Position numbers and translations under genes: made by a program
NCBI GenBank assembly: GCA_038213805.1
Contig: JBBQSO010000026.1
Span: 1-60,719, forward strand
DNA length: 60,719 bases
Direction: 5' to 3'
Source of the DNA: Planctomycetota bacterium
Lineage (GTDB): Bacteria > Planctomycetota > UBA11346
Part shown: positions 31,474 through 42,024 of the stretch, piece by piece
How positions within the stretch are numbered: position 1 is the first letter of the stretch
Layout: each line of letters starts with the position of its first letter
Notes under the pieces: model-generated
What the model saw: only the letters and a program-made list of their open reading frames with translations
What the model was told of the DNA's origin: nothing
Database searches by the model: none

Positions 31474-32397
31474 TCATCCCACCCCGAACTCATGTTTGCG
31501 CGGCAGGTCGTCGAGCCTGCCCAGCCCGAAGCGGGACAGGAACGCGTCCGTGGTGGCGTAGAGCAGCGGCCGGCCGAGCGCGGATTCGTCGCGGCCGGTC
31601 ACGTGCACCAGCTTGAGGTCCATCAGCTGACGCAGTACCGGTCCACATTGCACGCCGCGGATGTCTTCGATGGCGCCGCGCGTCAGCGGCTGCTTGTAGG
31701 CGACGATGGCGAGGGTCTCGAGGGCGCTCTTCGACAGGCGCGTGGGCAATTCGCGACGTTCGAGCTGGCGCACCCACGGATAGAGTTCACGGCGCGTCAG
31801 CAACTGCCAGCCGCCGGCGATCTCGCGCAGCTCCCAGCCGCGGCGCTCGTGTTCGTAACGCTCGGCGAGGCCCGCCAGGAAGCCTTCGAGGTAGGCCGGC
31901 GCGGCACCCGGCAGGCACTGCGCGAGGCGCGCGATGGGCAGCGGCTTGGTGGCGACGAAGAGCAGGCTTTCGATGACCGCGCGCAGTTCGGCCGGCGGCA
32001 GGTCGGCGACGCCCGGGGCGACGATCTCCTCCTCGACCGGCGGTCCGGGCGGCAACTCGGCGCGCGCCTCGGCGTCGAGGGTCTCGATGAGCGGGGCGTG
32101 GTCGTCGGTGGCAGCGGCGTCCGTTGCGCCGGTGGCAAGCAGATCGGCGACCAGGGCGTCGGCGGGCGAGGCCGGGTCGCTAGCGGCGGCGCCTGCTTCC
32201 ACGGCGTCCTCAGCGACCGGACCAGCCGTGTCCGCAGCCGGGTCGGCACTGGGCGCGGCGTCGGCCGGGGCCGCGTTTTCGACGTGCGGGCTGCTTGCGT
32301 CCAAAGCTGCGCTTTCGCATGGAACCGCAGCGGCTTCGGGGCCGCCCTCCGGCGCGACCGCCGCCGGCTCCTCGGGCTGGTGCTCTTCGCTACTCAT
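31474..32397 (-). CDS. scpB: Segregation and condensation protein B with long acidic N-terminal extension
   Basis: [49 protein letters not shown] and [14 protein letters not shown] motifs; ATGA overlap with the upstream gene. Confidence 0.93.
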   Translation of the reverse strand: MSSEEHQPEEPAAVAPEGGPEAAAVPCESAALDASSPHVENAAPADAAPSADPAADTAGPVAEDAVEAGAAASDPASPADALVADLLATGATDAAATDDHAPLIETLDAEARAELPPGPPVEEEIVAPGVADLPPAELRAVIESLLFVATKPLPIARLAQCLPGAAPAYLEGFLAGLAERYEHERRGWELREIAGGWQLLTRRELYPWVRQLERRELPTRLSKSALETLAIVAYKQPLTRGAIEDIRGVQCGPVLRQLMDLKLVHVTGRDESALGRPLLYATTDAFLSRFGLGRLDDLPRKHEFGVG

Positions 32398-32984
32398 CCC
32401 GCCACCGCCTGGCCGCGGCCGAAGGCGAGAAAATTTTTGAGCAGATCGTGGCCGTGCTCCGTGAGGAAGCTCTCGGGATGGAACTGCACACCCTCGATGG
32501 GCAATGTGCGATGGCGCAGGCCCATGAGCTCGCCGCGATCGGCCGTCCAGGCGGTCGCCTCCAGGCAGGCGGGCAGCGCATCGTTGACCACCAGGCTGTG
32601 GTAGCGCGTGGCGGTGAACGGCGTCGCCACCCCCGCGAACACGCCGCGGCCATCGTGGCGGATCTGACTGGTCTTGCCGTGCATCAGGCGCCCCGCGCGT
32701 TCGACCACGCCGCCGAAGGCCTGGCCGATCGACTGGTGACCAAGGCACACCCCGAGCAGCGGCGTGCCGCTTTTCGCCGCCGCGCCGATCAGCTCGATGC
32801 TGATGCCGGCCTCGTTGGGCGTGCACGGGCCGGGTGAGATCACCAGGCGCTCCGGCTGCTCTGCCATGATCTGGGCCACGGTCTTCTCGTCATTGCGATA
32901 GACGCGCACCTGCGCGCCCAACTCCCACAGGTACTGCACCAGATTGTAGGTGAAGCTGTCGTAGTTGTCGATGACGGTGAGCAT
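32394..32984 (-). CDS. trpG: Anthranilate / aminodeoxychorismate synthase glutamine amidotransferase component II (TrpG/PabA)
   Basis: [33 protein letters not shown] and QFHPES motifs. TrpG and PabA cannot be distinguished here. Confidence 0.92.
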   Translation of the reverse strand: MLTVIDNYDSFTYNLVQYLWELGAQVRVYRNDEKTVAQIMAEQPERLVISPGPCTPNEAGISIELIGAAAKSGTPLLGVCLGHQSIGQAFGGVVERAGRLMHGKTSQIRHDGRGVFAGVATPFTATRYHSLVVNDALPACLEATAWTADRGELMGLRHRTLPIEGVQFHPESFLTEHGHDLLKNFLAFGRGQAVAG

Positions 32985-33111
32985 GGAAGGGCGGCAGCCT
33001 ACGGCGCCCCCACGCCAGGCAACCCCAGGCGGCGGGGTGCGCAAAGCGGGTGCGCCAACCCCGCTCCAGCGCCGCTGCGGACACGCCCGCCCCCCTCCGC
33101 CGCCTCCGGTC

Positions 33112-33138
33112 TTGACGGGGAGCCGATCAACCTATGCT
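33112..33138 (+). promoter_or_regulatory. Sigma70-like promoter for the tRNA
   Basis: TTGACG-15 nt-TATGCT; the spacer is short. Confidence 0.45.
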
Positions 33139-33153
33139 TCGCCACCCACATCG

Positions 33154-33229
33154 GCGCTGGTAGCTCAATGGATAGAGCATCAGACTACGGATCTGGAGGT
33201 TGCTGGTTCGAGTCCAGCCCGGCGCGCCA
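33154..33229 (+). tRNA. tRNA-Arg (anticodon ACG), CCA encoded
   Basis: GCGCTGG acceptor pairs with CCGGCGC; D-arm TAGCTCAATGGATAGAGC; anticodon loop CT-ACG-GA; T-arm GCTGG-TTCGAGT-CCAGC; 3' G-CCA. Confidence 0.97.
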
Positions 33230-33230
33230 G

Positions 33231-33268
33231 AAGCCCCGCAACTGTAACAGGTTGCGGGGCTTTTTTTT
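33231..33268 (+). terminator. Rho-independent terminator after the tRNA
   Basis: AAGCCCCGCAAC-TGTAACAG-GTTGCGGGGCTT followed by a T run. Confidence 0.9.
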
Positions 33269-33768
33269 GGACGCGCTATGGTGCGGAGGCCGCGTTACCG
33301 CTCAGGCGCGGCAGGCTGATGTCTCCTATCTCCTGATTCCTCCGGAAACGGGATCAGGGATTCATGGGACGCTGCGTTCGATACTGATGCCACGTCACTA
33401 CGGCGGGCCTCCTCAAGCCGACCGCGATGAAACCGCCGGCGATCAGCCACTCCGCCACCCGCTACCGCCCCATTTGTTGCCACCGCTGCCGTTGGCCTTC
33501 GCGTCAATCTGGCGTTGGTGCATGGGTCGGAAAACAGGAACCCCCAGCGCACGTGCGAACGGGCAGGCCCTCGGGAGAAAGGTCCACACCGGTCCCACGG
33601 TCGCTGGGGGTCCATGTGCCGGCCAAGGCCGACGGCACAGATTACTCACGCAGGGAGGGCGGACAAGGAGAGGGAACTGTCAGCGCGCCGCCGAAAGGCC
33701 AGTAGGCTAGTCGCGCGTAAATGAGGAGAACTAGAGACATTACTCCTTGTCGAGGAATCGCAGCGCCA

Positions 33769-33840
33769 CCTGGGAGCTCGAAGCACCCGCTCCGCTGGAA
33801 TCTTACGAAGCCAGCCGAGCTGGGGCTCGGCGCTCCCAGG
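33769..33840. repeat. REP-like palindrome
   Basis: CCTGGGAGC ... GCTCCCAGG ends enclosing the hairpin GCCGAGC-TGGG-GCTCGGC. Confidence 0.55.
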
Positions 33841-34055
33841 AAAGTGTCCATGAGTCGCACGGTGGGCACGCCGGCCATGACATGCATCGCCACGTCCCGA
33901 TCCAGGTCGCGGTCGAGCGCGCTCCGCAACGCCGCGGTGGACCCGACCCCACCAGGGCACCGCAGGTGGGGGCGCGCGCGTGACGGGCCCCGGCCACAAT
34001 GCATGGATCGCCGCAGGCAGGGCCCTGCGCTGCGCTCCGCACCACGCCTTAGCCT

Positions 34056-34084
34056 TTGACCGCGCCAGCGCATCCCCTTAGCTA
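34056..34084 (+). promoter_or_regulatory. Sigma70-like promoter of icd
   Basis: TTGACC-17 nt-TAGCTA, ending 37 nt upstream of the ATG. Confidence 0.5.
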
Positions 34085-34085
34085 G

Positions 34086-36362
<2,277 letters not shown>

Positions 36363-36410
36363 TCAGGGCGGGAACCCTGTGCGGGCCCGGCTGCGCGGCG
36401 CGCACGCAAA

Positions 36411-36435
36411 GCGGAATGCGGAATGCGGAATGCGG
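36411..36435. repeat. Heptamer tandem (GCGGAAT)3.5
   Basis: GCGGAAT GCGGAAT GCGGAAT GCGG, downstream of icd. Confidence 0.75.
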
Positions 36436-36730
36436 GGGCCTCTCACGGCGAGCACGCGGTCGGTCGGAGGGTTCGGCAGGCGCCCCGCCCGCATAGGTGA
36501 TCTCCCGCGTGGCATTGGAGGGCATCGCCCGGCTCCAGATGGCCCAGTTCCGCCAGATCGCCCAGATGGAGGCGTGTGGCCGTGATCACGGTGATGTGGC
36601 TCGCGGGCCACTGGGGACTGGCAGCGCGGGGCGGCCTCTCACGAAAGACACCAACAGGTCGACCTCCCACGAGGATCGCAGAGCGGGCCCGTCATCGTCG
36701 AGAACGGTTGGGACCGCCCGTGGGGCCGGC

Positions 36731-37027
36731 TCACGCCAGCATGATGTAATTCTCCTCCTCCATCTCTTCGATGACGTCCTTCACGACGGCGCTGAGAATG
36801 AAGAAGTTGAGCGGCTCCGCGGCGGCGGCGGTCAGTCGTGCAGTCCAACGACCGTGTGCCGCGTGGCGCTTCTCCGACTCCAGCACGCCGATGGTCGCGA
36901 TGATCTCGACCAGGAGCTCCCTGATCCTGGCGGGCTGCTGGAGCGTGCGCAGGTAGCGCATGCGATGCAGGACCATTTCCTTGGTCTCACTGTAAATCGC
37001 ATTGAGCGGGATCGATGCCGGATGCAT
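36731..37027 (-). CDS. Small orphan helical protein (98 aa)
   Basis: Strong AGGAGGT RBS a few nt upstream of the ATG, GC3-biased codons and an upstream sigma54-type promoter. No family recognised. Confidence 0.7.
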   Translation of the reverse strand: MHPASIPLNAIYSETKEMVLHRMRYLRTLQQPARIRELLVEIIATIGVLESEKRHAAHGRWTARLTAAAAEPLNFFILSAVVKDVIEEMEEENYIMLA

Positions 37028-37071
37028 ATAACCTCCTGGAGTGGGGAAACCGGAGTTTCTTGCGCTTCGAA

Positions 37072-37087
37072 TGCGAACGGCGTGCCA
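37072..37087 (-). promoter_or_regulatory. Sigma54 (RpoN) -24/-12 promoter
   Basis: TGGCACG-CCGT-TCGCA (GG-N10-GC), 44 nt upstream of the orphan gene ATG. Confidence 0.65.
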
Positions 37088-37585
37088 GAGCACGCCACGA
37101 TTTTTTTGCGGCTCTGGTGTTGGAAGCGCTACCAAAACCGGGCGAAGTACTGGGCGACAGCGCCAAACCCATGGGCCAACGCGGTTTCGCTCCACAAACG
37201 GCACGCGCTGCGTCACCCGCTTTTCTGCGCAAAATCAGGACGGAAATATCTTCAGAATTGCACTCTCGGCGCTCCCAATGTCGCTCTGCACGTAGGCAAT
37301 CCCGTCTGGGTCCAGCGCGCGGTGGAGGATACGCCGGTGCGTGCATCAAACGCCTGAGTTAGCGTAAAAACCAGCGTGTCCGGTTCCGATCTGCGATCCG
37401 CATCTGCTCCTGAGGATGAAACCGATTTTCCTGAGCATAGTCAAACCAGGCCTATTCAAGGCGACAAAGCTTCCTACAGACCCGCACGCGGATTCCGTTA
37501 AGATGTGCCACCTTAGCGGCGCTGCGCGCGAACGATGCATACTAACACCGCCACGTCTGCCGCAGCAATGCGCCGCCCCACCCAC

Positions 37586-39595
37586 ATGACAACCACCACC
37601 TGCATCGCCCGCACCGCGCCGCACGGTGTCCGCACGCGCGCCGGATTCACGCTGTTCGAGATCGCCATCTCGCTGGCACTCGCCCTGGTCGGTGTGGTCA
37701 GCGTGGTCATGCTGATGCCCGCGGGGATCAAGGCCGAGCAGCTCGCGCGGCTGCGCATCTACGCCGGCGTCAAGGCGGAGGAGATTGTCGAGGAGTTCGC
37801 CAACACCTCGAACACCAGCCCGAGCATCGACACCGAGGCGCCCGACGCCTGGGACGTCCCGACCGGCTATCACGTCATGGCCCCCGATCTCGAGGCGCGG
37901 GTCTCGGCACCGCGCTTCGGGATCATGCCGCTGCCCGATGTGATCGCGCGCCGCCTGGCCTCGGACGACGGCGAGATCGAGGGCATCCTCGCCCAGGGCG
38001 GCAAGCTGTACTACGCGCAAGCGCAAGAGACCAGCGGCCTGGAGGACAGCGTCCAGGCGCAGAACGCCACCGTGCCCACCGACAATCAGACCCAGCGGCT
38101 GGTCTTCGCCGTCACCGGCTATGCGCAGAACAACAACCTCGCCTATCTGGCCTGGAAGGACTGGCCCTATTACGAACCCTACCCCTCGCCCCCCGGGCAC
38201 GGCGAGAAGGAGGGCTTCGGCTATAACTGGGGCGGGCCAATCGTCGCCCCCGACCACGAACCCGCCGACGCGGTCACCTTCAGCTATTCCGGCGGGTCGT
38301 ACGCGGCTGCGATCCACCTCTGGGAAGGCGTGGGCGCGGGTGGCCCCGATGCCGGATCGCTGGATGGGCATGGCGGCAGCATCGACGCGGACATCAGCAA
38401 GGTCTTCACCATCGGCTACCAGCCCTACGGAATGGGCGGCGCGGGCGCCAACAGCGCGGCGGGCGCGCAGACCTACCTGCAGGCAGCGCTGTGGTACTGC
38501 GCGAAGCGGAACGTGCCGACGACGGTCTACGCGCCGGCGCAGGGCTTCACCCTCGCCACCCAGCTGACGCTGGCGATGAGCCAGTTCACCAACGCCAGCA
38601 TCGTGTCAGAGGGGCAGAAATGGAGCTGGGTGCAGTCCATGCGCTTCCTCGCGCACGCCTCGACGTGCATGACGCGCTGGCACGACCTCGCCGCCCTGGG
38701 CGGCCAACCGTCGCTGGTCGGCGGCTTCGCCGTGCCGGCCGCGACCATCAGCGGCAGCCCGGACTCGCCGGCCATCACGCTGACCCACGACCTGATCGTC
38801 TACTGGCACGAACTGAGCCTGCGCATGGCGATGCTCTACTGCGCCAGCCAGCCCTACGACTGGGGTGCGCCGCGCCCGACCCAGCGCGCGTTGATGAACG
38901 ACTATCCGCTGATCGAGTGCGACCTGATGGCGCCACTGCTGTCCGGCACGATCTCCGGCGCGGGCGTCACGGCGCAGCAATGGCGCCCGATCGCCGCGCA
39001 CGCCATCGCCAACCCCGGGCGCAGCTACAGCTATCCCGACACGCCCATCGATCCCGCAGGCACGCGCTTCGGCACCAACCCCACTGACTTCACCCTGGCG
39101 ATGCCATTCGCCGCCGCGGAGCGCTGCCGCCAGCTGGTGTTCTGGTCGGCCGACTGGCAGTCGTACGAGGATGCGGAGACCGCGCCGAGCGCGGCGATCG
39201 ACGCCAGCAAATACCTATTCTCCGGCCCGATGGACAACGGCGGCGCCCCGATCAGCTTCGACAACCGCATGAAGCAGTGCCTGTGGCCCGACCACCACAT
39301 CTTCCAGTTCCGCAATCCCGAGAAGATCGTCACCTTCACCGACCCGGCGGTACCAAGCATGGCCACCGGCGCTGACGTCTCGAACAAGCGCATTCTCAGC
39401 GCCGACGGCGAGGGTCAGGACAAGTATGACGGTTCTGCCGCGTCCTCGGCTCGCTTCCTGGGCCTGTACGGCGCCGACCGCAACTTCAACGGACGCCTCG
39501 ACCGCGGCACCATCCCCGCCTCGGTGCGCCTGCGCGCGACGCTGGTCTCGCGCTACAACTTCTACGATCCACGCCTGACCCTGAAGCTGCGATGA
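37586..39595 (+). CDS. Large prepilin-type N-terminal methylation domain protein (PilV-like N-terminus, ~669 aa)
   Basis: RTRAG|FTLFEIAISLALALVGVVSVVMLMPAG class III signal with Glu5. Start uncertain (37535, 37568 or 37586). Confidence 0.85.
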   Translation: MTTTTCIARTAPHGVRTRAGFTLFEIAISLALALVGVVSVVMLMPAGIKAEQLARLRIYAGVKAEEIVEEFANTSNTSPSIDTEAPDAWDVPTGYHVMAPDLEARVSAPRFGIMPLPDVIARRLASDDGEIEGILAQGGKLYYAQAQETSGLEDSVQAQNATVPTDNQTQRLVFAVTGYAQNNNLAYLAWKDWPYYEPYPSPPGHGEKEGFGYNWGGPIVAPDHEPADAVTFSYSGGSYAAAIHLWEGVGAGGPDAGSLDGHGGSIDADISKVFTIGYQPYGMGGAGANSAAGAQTYLQAALWYCAKRNVPTTVYAPAQGFTLATQLTLAMSQFTNASIVSEGQKWSWVQSMRFLAHASTCMTRWHDLAALGGQPSLVGGFAVPAATISGSPDSPAITLTHDLIVYWHELSLRMAMLYCASQPYDWGAPRPTQRALMNDYPLIECDLMAPLLSGTISGAGVTAQQWRPIAAHAIANPGRSYSYPDTPIDPAGTRFGTNPTDFTLAMPFAAAERCRQLVFWSADWQSYEDAETAPSAAIDASKYLFSGPMDNGGAPISFDNRMKQCLWPDHHIFQFRNPEKIVTFTDPAVPSMATGADVSNKRILSADGEGQDKYDGSAASSARFLGLYGADRNFNGRLDRGTIPASVRLRATLVSRYNFYDPRLTLKLR

Positions 39596-40746
39596 ACACG
39601 CCAGACGCCCACCAGCGGCGACGCGCGCGCGCCGCCTTCACCCTCATCGAGATGCTGATCGCGATCAGCCTGGGGCTGGTGATCGTCGGCACGGTGCTCT
39701 CCGGCCTGCGCGTCGCCAGCCAGGCGATCACCGTGGTCAACCGCCTGGCGCAAGAGAACCAGCTGATGCGCCTGGGCTGCGAAGTTGCGCACGAACACCT
39801 CGACTTCTGGAACGACTGCGACGACCCCGAGAATCCGGCCAATCAGATGCTGCGTGGCAAGGACATGAACGGCGGTCTACCGTTCACGCCGATGGGCGAC
39901 ATCGTGCCGTACGCGCCGGGCGCGAACGCCGAGGCCAGCACGGGCTGGAACCCGTCCGACACCTGGCCCGCGGCGGACCCGCGCACCTGGTGGCACGGCA
40001 ACCTCGCGGAGAAGTGCAACAGCAACGTGATGCTCGGGCGCTACGCGATCTTCGGCAACACCGCACCGAGCCTGGATGTGAACGCCTCGTTCGGCGACTA
40101 CGGCCAGGTGACGGTGCTGCACAGCTGGCTCTACAACCAGCTATGGAGCCTGCGTACCGCGGTCGGCTACTACGGCTACTTCGACTACGCGCCGGCGAAC
40201 ACCATGTACCAGTGCTACATGCCGTGGCTGTCCGGGCAGACCAACGACGACGGCGAGCCGTTGGTCTTCGACACCCCGGGCGGCGGCTTCGCCAGCAGCG
40301 AGGGGCCGCAGTTCTATCCGCACGGACTCTACCGTCTGACCATGGGCACCGCCATCGGACTGGTCAGCCCCACGGCCGCGGCGGCGACCATGGCGTCGAC
40401 CCACCAGCAGTACTACTACCTCGACTACCAGGGCGACCTGAACACGCTGCACCGTTTCGATGCCGACACCACCACGGCGCTGCCGCTGATCGCGGGCAAT
40501 GGTCCGGCGACCTGGCCAAGAGTCCGGGTCTCGATGCAGCGCTTCATCAAGACCAACCGCTTTGTCGCGGTCTGTCGCGTCAGCAGCACCAGCCCGCTCA
40601 CCGGCGAGCACCAGCAGCTGGTGTGGGACGGCATCGGCAGCAGCCTGCGCGGTGCGCGCCTGCAGCGCGGCCGCAGCGGCTGGGCGACCTGGGACGATGA
40701 CCCGGCCACGGTGGCGGCCAACACCCCGTCGCTTGACGATCCATGA
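39592..40746 (+). CDS. Prepilin-type protein (PilW-like, 384 aa)
   Basis: RRARAA|FTLIEMLIAISLGLVIVGTVL; ATGA-coupled to the previous gene. Confidence 0.85.
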   Translation: MNTPDAHQRRRARAAFTLIEMLIAISLGLVIVGTVLSGLRVASQAITVVNRLAQENQLMRLGCEVAHEHLDFWNDCDDPENPANQMLRGKDMNGGLPFTPMGDIVPYAPGANAEASTGWNPSDTWPAADPRTWWHGNLAEKCNSNVMLGRYAIFGNTAPSLDVNASFGDYGQVTVLHSWLYNQLWSLRTAVGYYGYFDYAPANTMYQCYMPWLSGQTNDDGEPLVFDTPGGGFASSEGPQFYPHGLYRLTMGTAIGLVSPTAAAATMASTHQQYYYLDYQGDLNTLHRFDADTTTALPLIAGNGPATWPRVRVSMQRFIKTNRFVAVCRVSSTSPLTGEHQQLVWDGIGSSLRGARLQRGRSGWATWDDDPATVAANTPSLDDP

Positions 40747-41753
40747 GCGCACCCGCCCGCGCCGGCACCGTGCTCATCCTGGTCGCCGGGATCTCGGCCC
40801 TGCTCGCCAGCTTGGCGGTCGCGTTCCTGGTCCGCCAGCGCGCTTCAAGCGAGGAGAGCGCAGCCTTCGAGCGCGACATCCAGGCGCGCATCATGCTGAT
40901 CGCCGGCTGCAGCTACATCCAGGAGACCTCGCGCATCGGCTACGATGACGGCAGTGACGTCTGGCACCGCGAGGCCTTCGGTTGGATCGACGTGCGCCAG
41001 CTGGACAACTCCGGCGCACCGCTGCTGGGGCCGAACTGCCGTGGTACCGCGCCCACCGACAGCGTGCCGCTGTTCGCTGCCACGCTGCAGGACATCAGCG
41101 GTCTGCACGGGCAGACGAAGGACCGGCCCTGGTGGCCCGCGGTCGGTGGCGTGGCGCGCTGCCCGATGTACGTGATGGAGCGCCCGCCGTATGCGATCCA
41201 GCTGACCGCCGCGTACAATCCTATCGTCGCCGACCCGGCCAGTCCCGCGTTCGGCAAGCCCTACCTGGCCAATCCGGATCCCATGCCGGTGGTCGCCAAT
41301 CCCGGCGGCGGCGCGGCGGCGCGCCTGGACTTCGTGTCGGGCAAGCCCGACCCGCGGCCGAATTCCAACGGCCGCGCCTGGTTCCGCGCCTTCCGCGACG
41401 GCCCTGCGACCTTCGTCATCACCTGCGGTTCCGGCGGCACCGCCGGCTTCGCCTCGTGGAACGAAGTGCTCGGCGCCGGCGCCAGCGCGCAGTTCGGCGG
41501 CGACTCCGCGCTGTTCAACGCCCTGCTCGAGCAGGAGACACGCCTGTGGTATCGCGTCGAGTGGAGCCCGGCCGTTGCGACCTCTGAGGTGCACAACATC
41601 AAGAACGCCTGGAACGATGGGCTGGCCCAGGACTACTACGTGTCGTTTCCGATGAACAGCTCGCAGAGCATCCGCTCGCAGTCGCACCCCAAGAACATGG
41701 GCGGGACGTTCCGCTACATCGAACGGCTACGGATGGCGCCAACGCGGTATTGA
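40743..41753 (+). CDS. PilX/GspK-like prepilin lacking Glu5 (336 aa)
   Basis: ARAG|TVLILVAGISALLASLAVAFL...QARIMLIAG, a PilX-like pattern; ATGA-coupled. Confidence 0.7.
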   Translation: MSAPARAGTVLILVAGISALLASLAVAFLVRQRASSEESAAFERDIQARIMLIAGCSYIQETSRIGYDDGSDVWHREAFGWIDVRQLDNSGAPLLGPNCRGTAPTDSVPLFAATLQDISGLHGQTKDRPWWPAVGGVARCPMYVMERPPYAIQLTAAYNPIVADPASPAFGKPYLANPDPMPVVANPGGGAAARLDFVSGKPDPRPNSNGRAWFRAFRDGPATFVITCGSGGTAGFASWNEVLGAGASAQFGGDSALFNALLEQETRLWYRVEWSPAVATSEVHNIKNAWNDGLAQDYYVSFPMNSSQSIRSQSHPKNMGGTFRYIERLRMAPTRY

Positions 41754-42024
41754 GGCGGCGGAACGGCGCATGGGGTAGCGACCTGAACCGCCCAATGCAG
41801 AAGTCGCGTTCGTGGTGCCGAGAGACCGCTGCGCGCCCTGTCCTGGGATCGCCGAGTGCAACTCGGCGATCCCGGGGACAGCCCTCTGGGCAGCGTCCGG
41901 TTGTACCGGCAAGCGCCCGATCCGCAGGAGTCATGACGCCCGTGGATACAAAAAGCCCATGGCAAAGCCCGGACAGTTGGCGTAGAACCGCGCGCAACCG
42001 ATACAGCCCCTCCTGGAGGTTCCG

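Noticed and set aside
33660..33710. Glycine-riboswitch-like GGAGAG...CCGAA segment
   Set aside because: It lacks the downstream CTCTCAGG element and has no glycine-related gene downstream.
41930..42010. c-di-GMP riboswitch-like GGCAAAGCC upstream of GH29
   Set aside because: The paired GNRA tetraloop/receptor stems of the class I aptamer could not be built.
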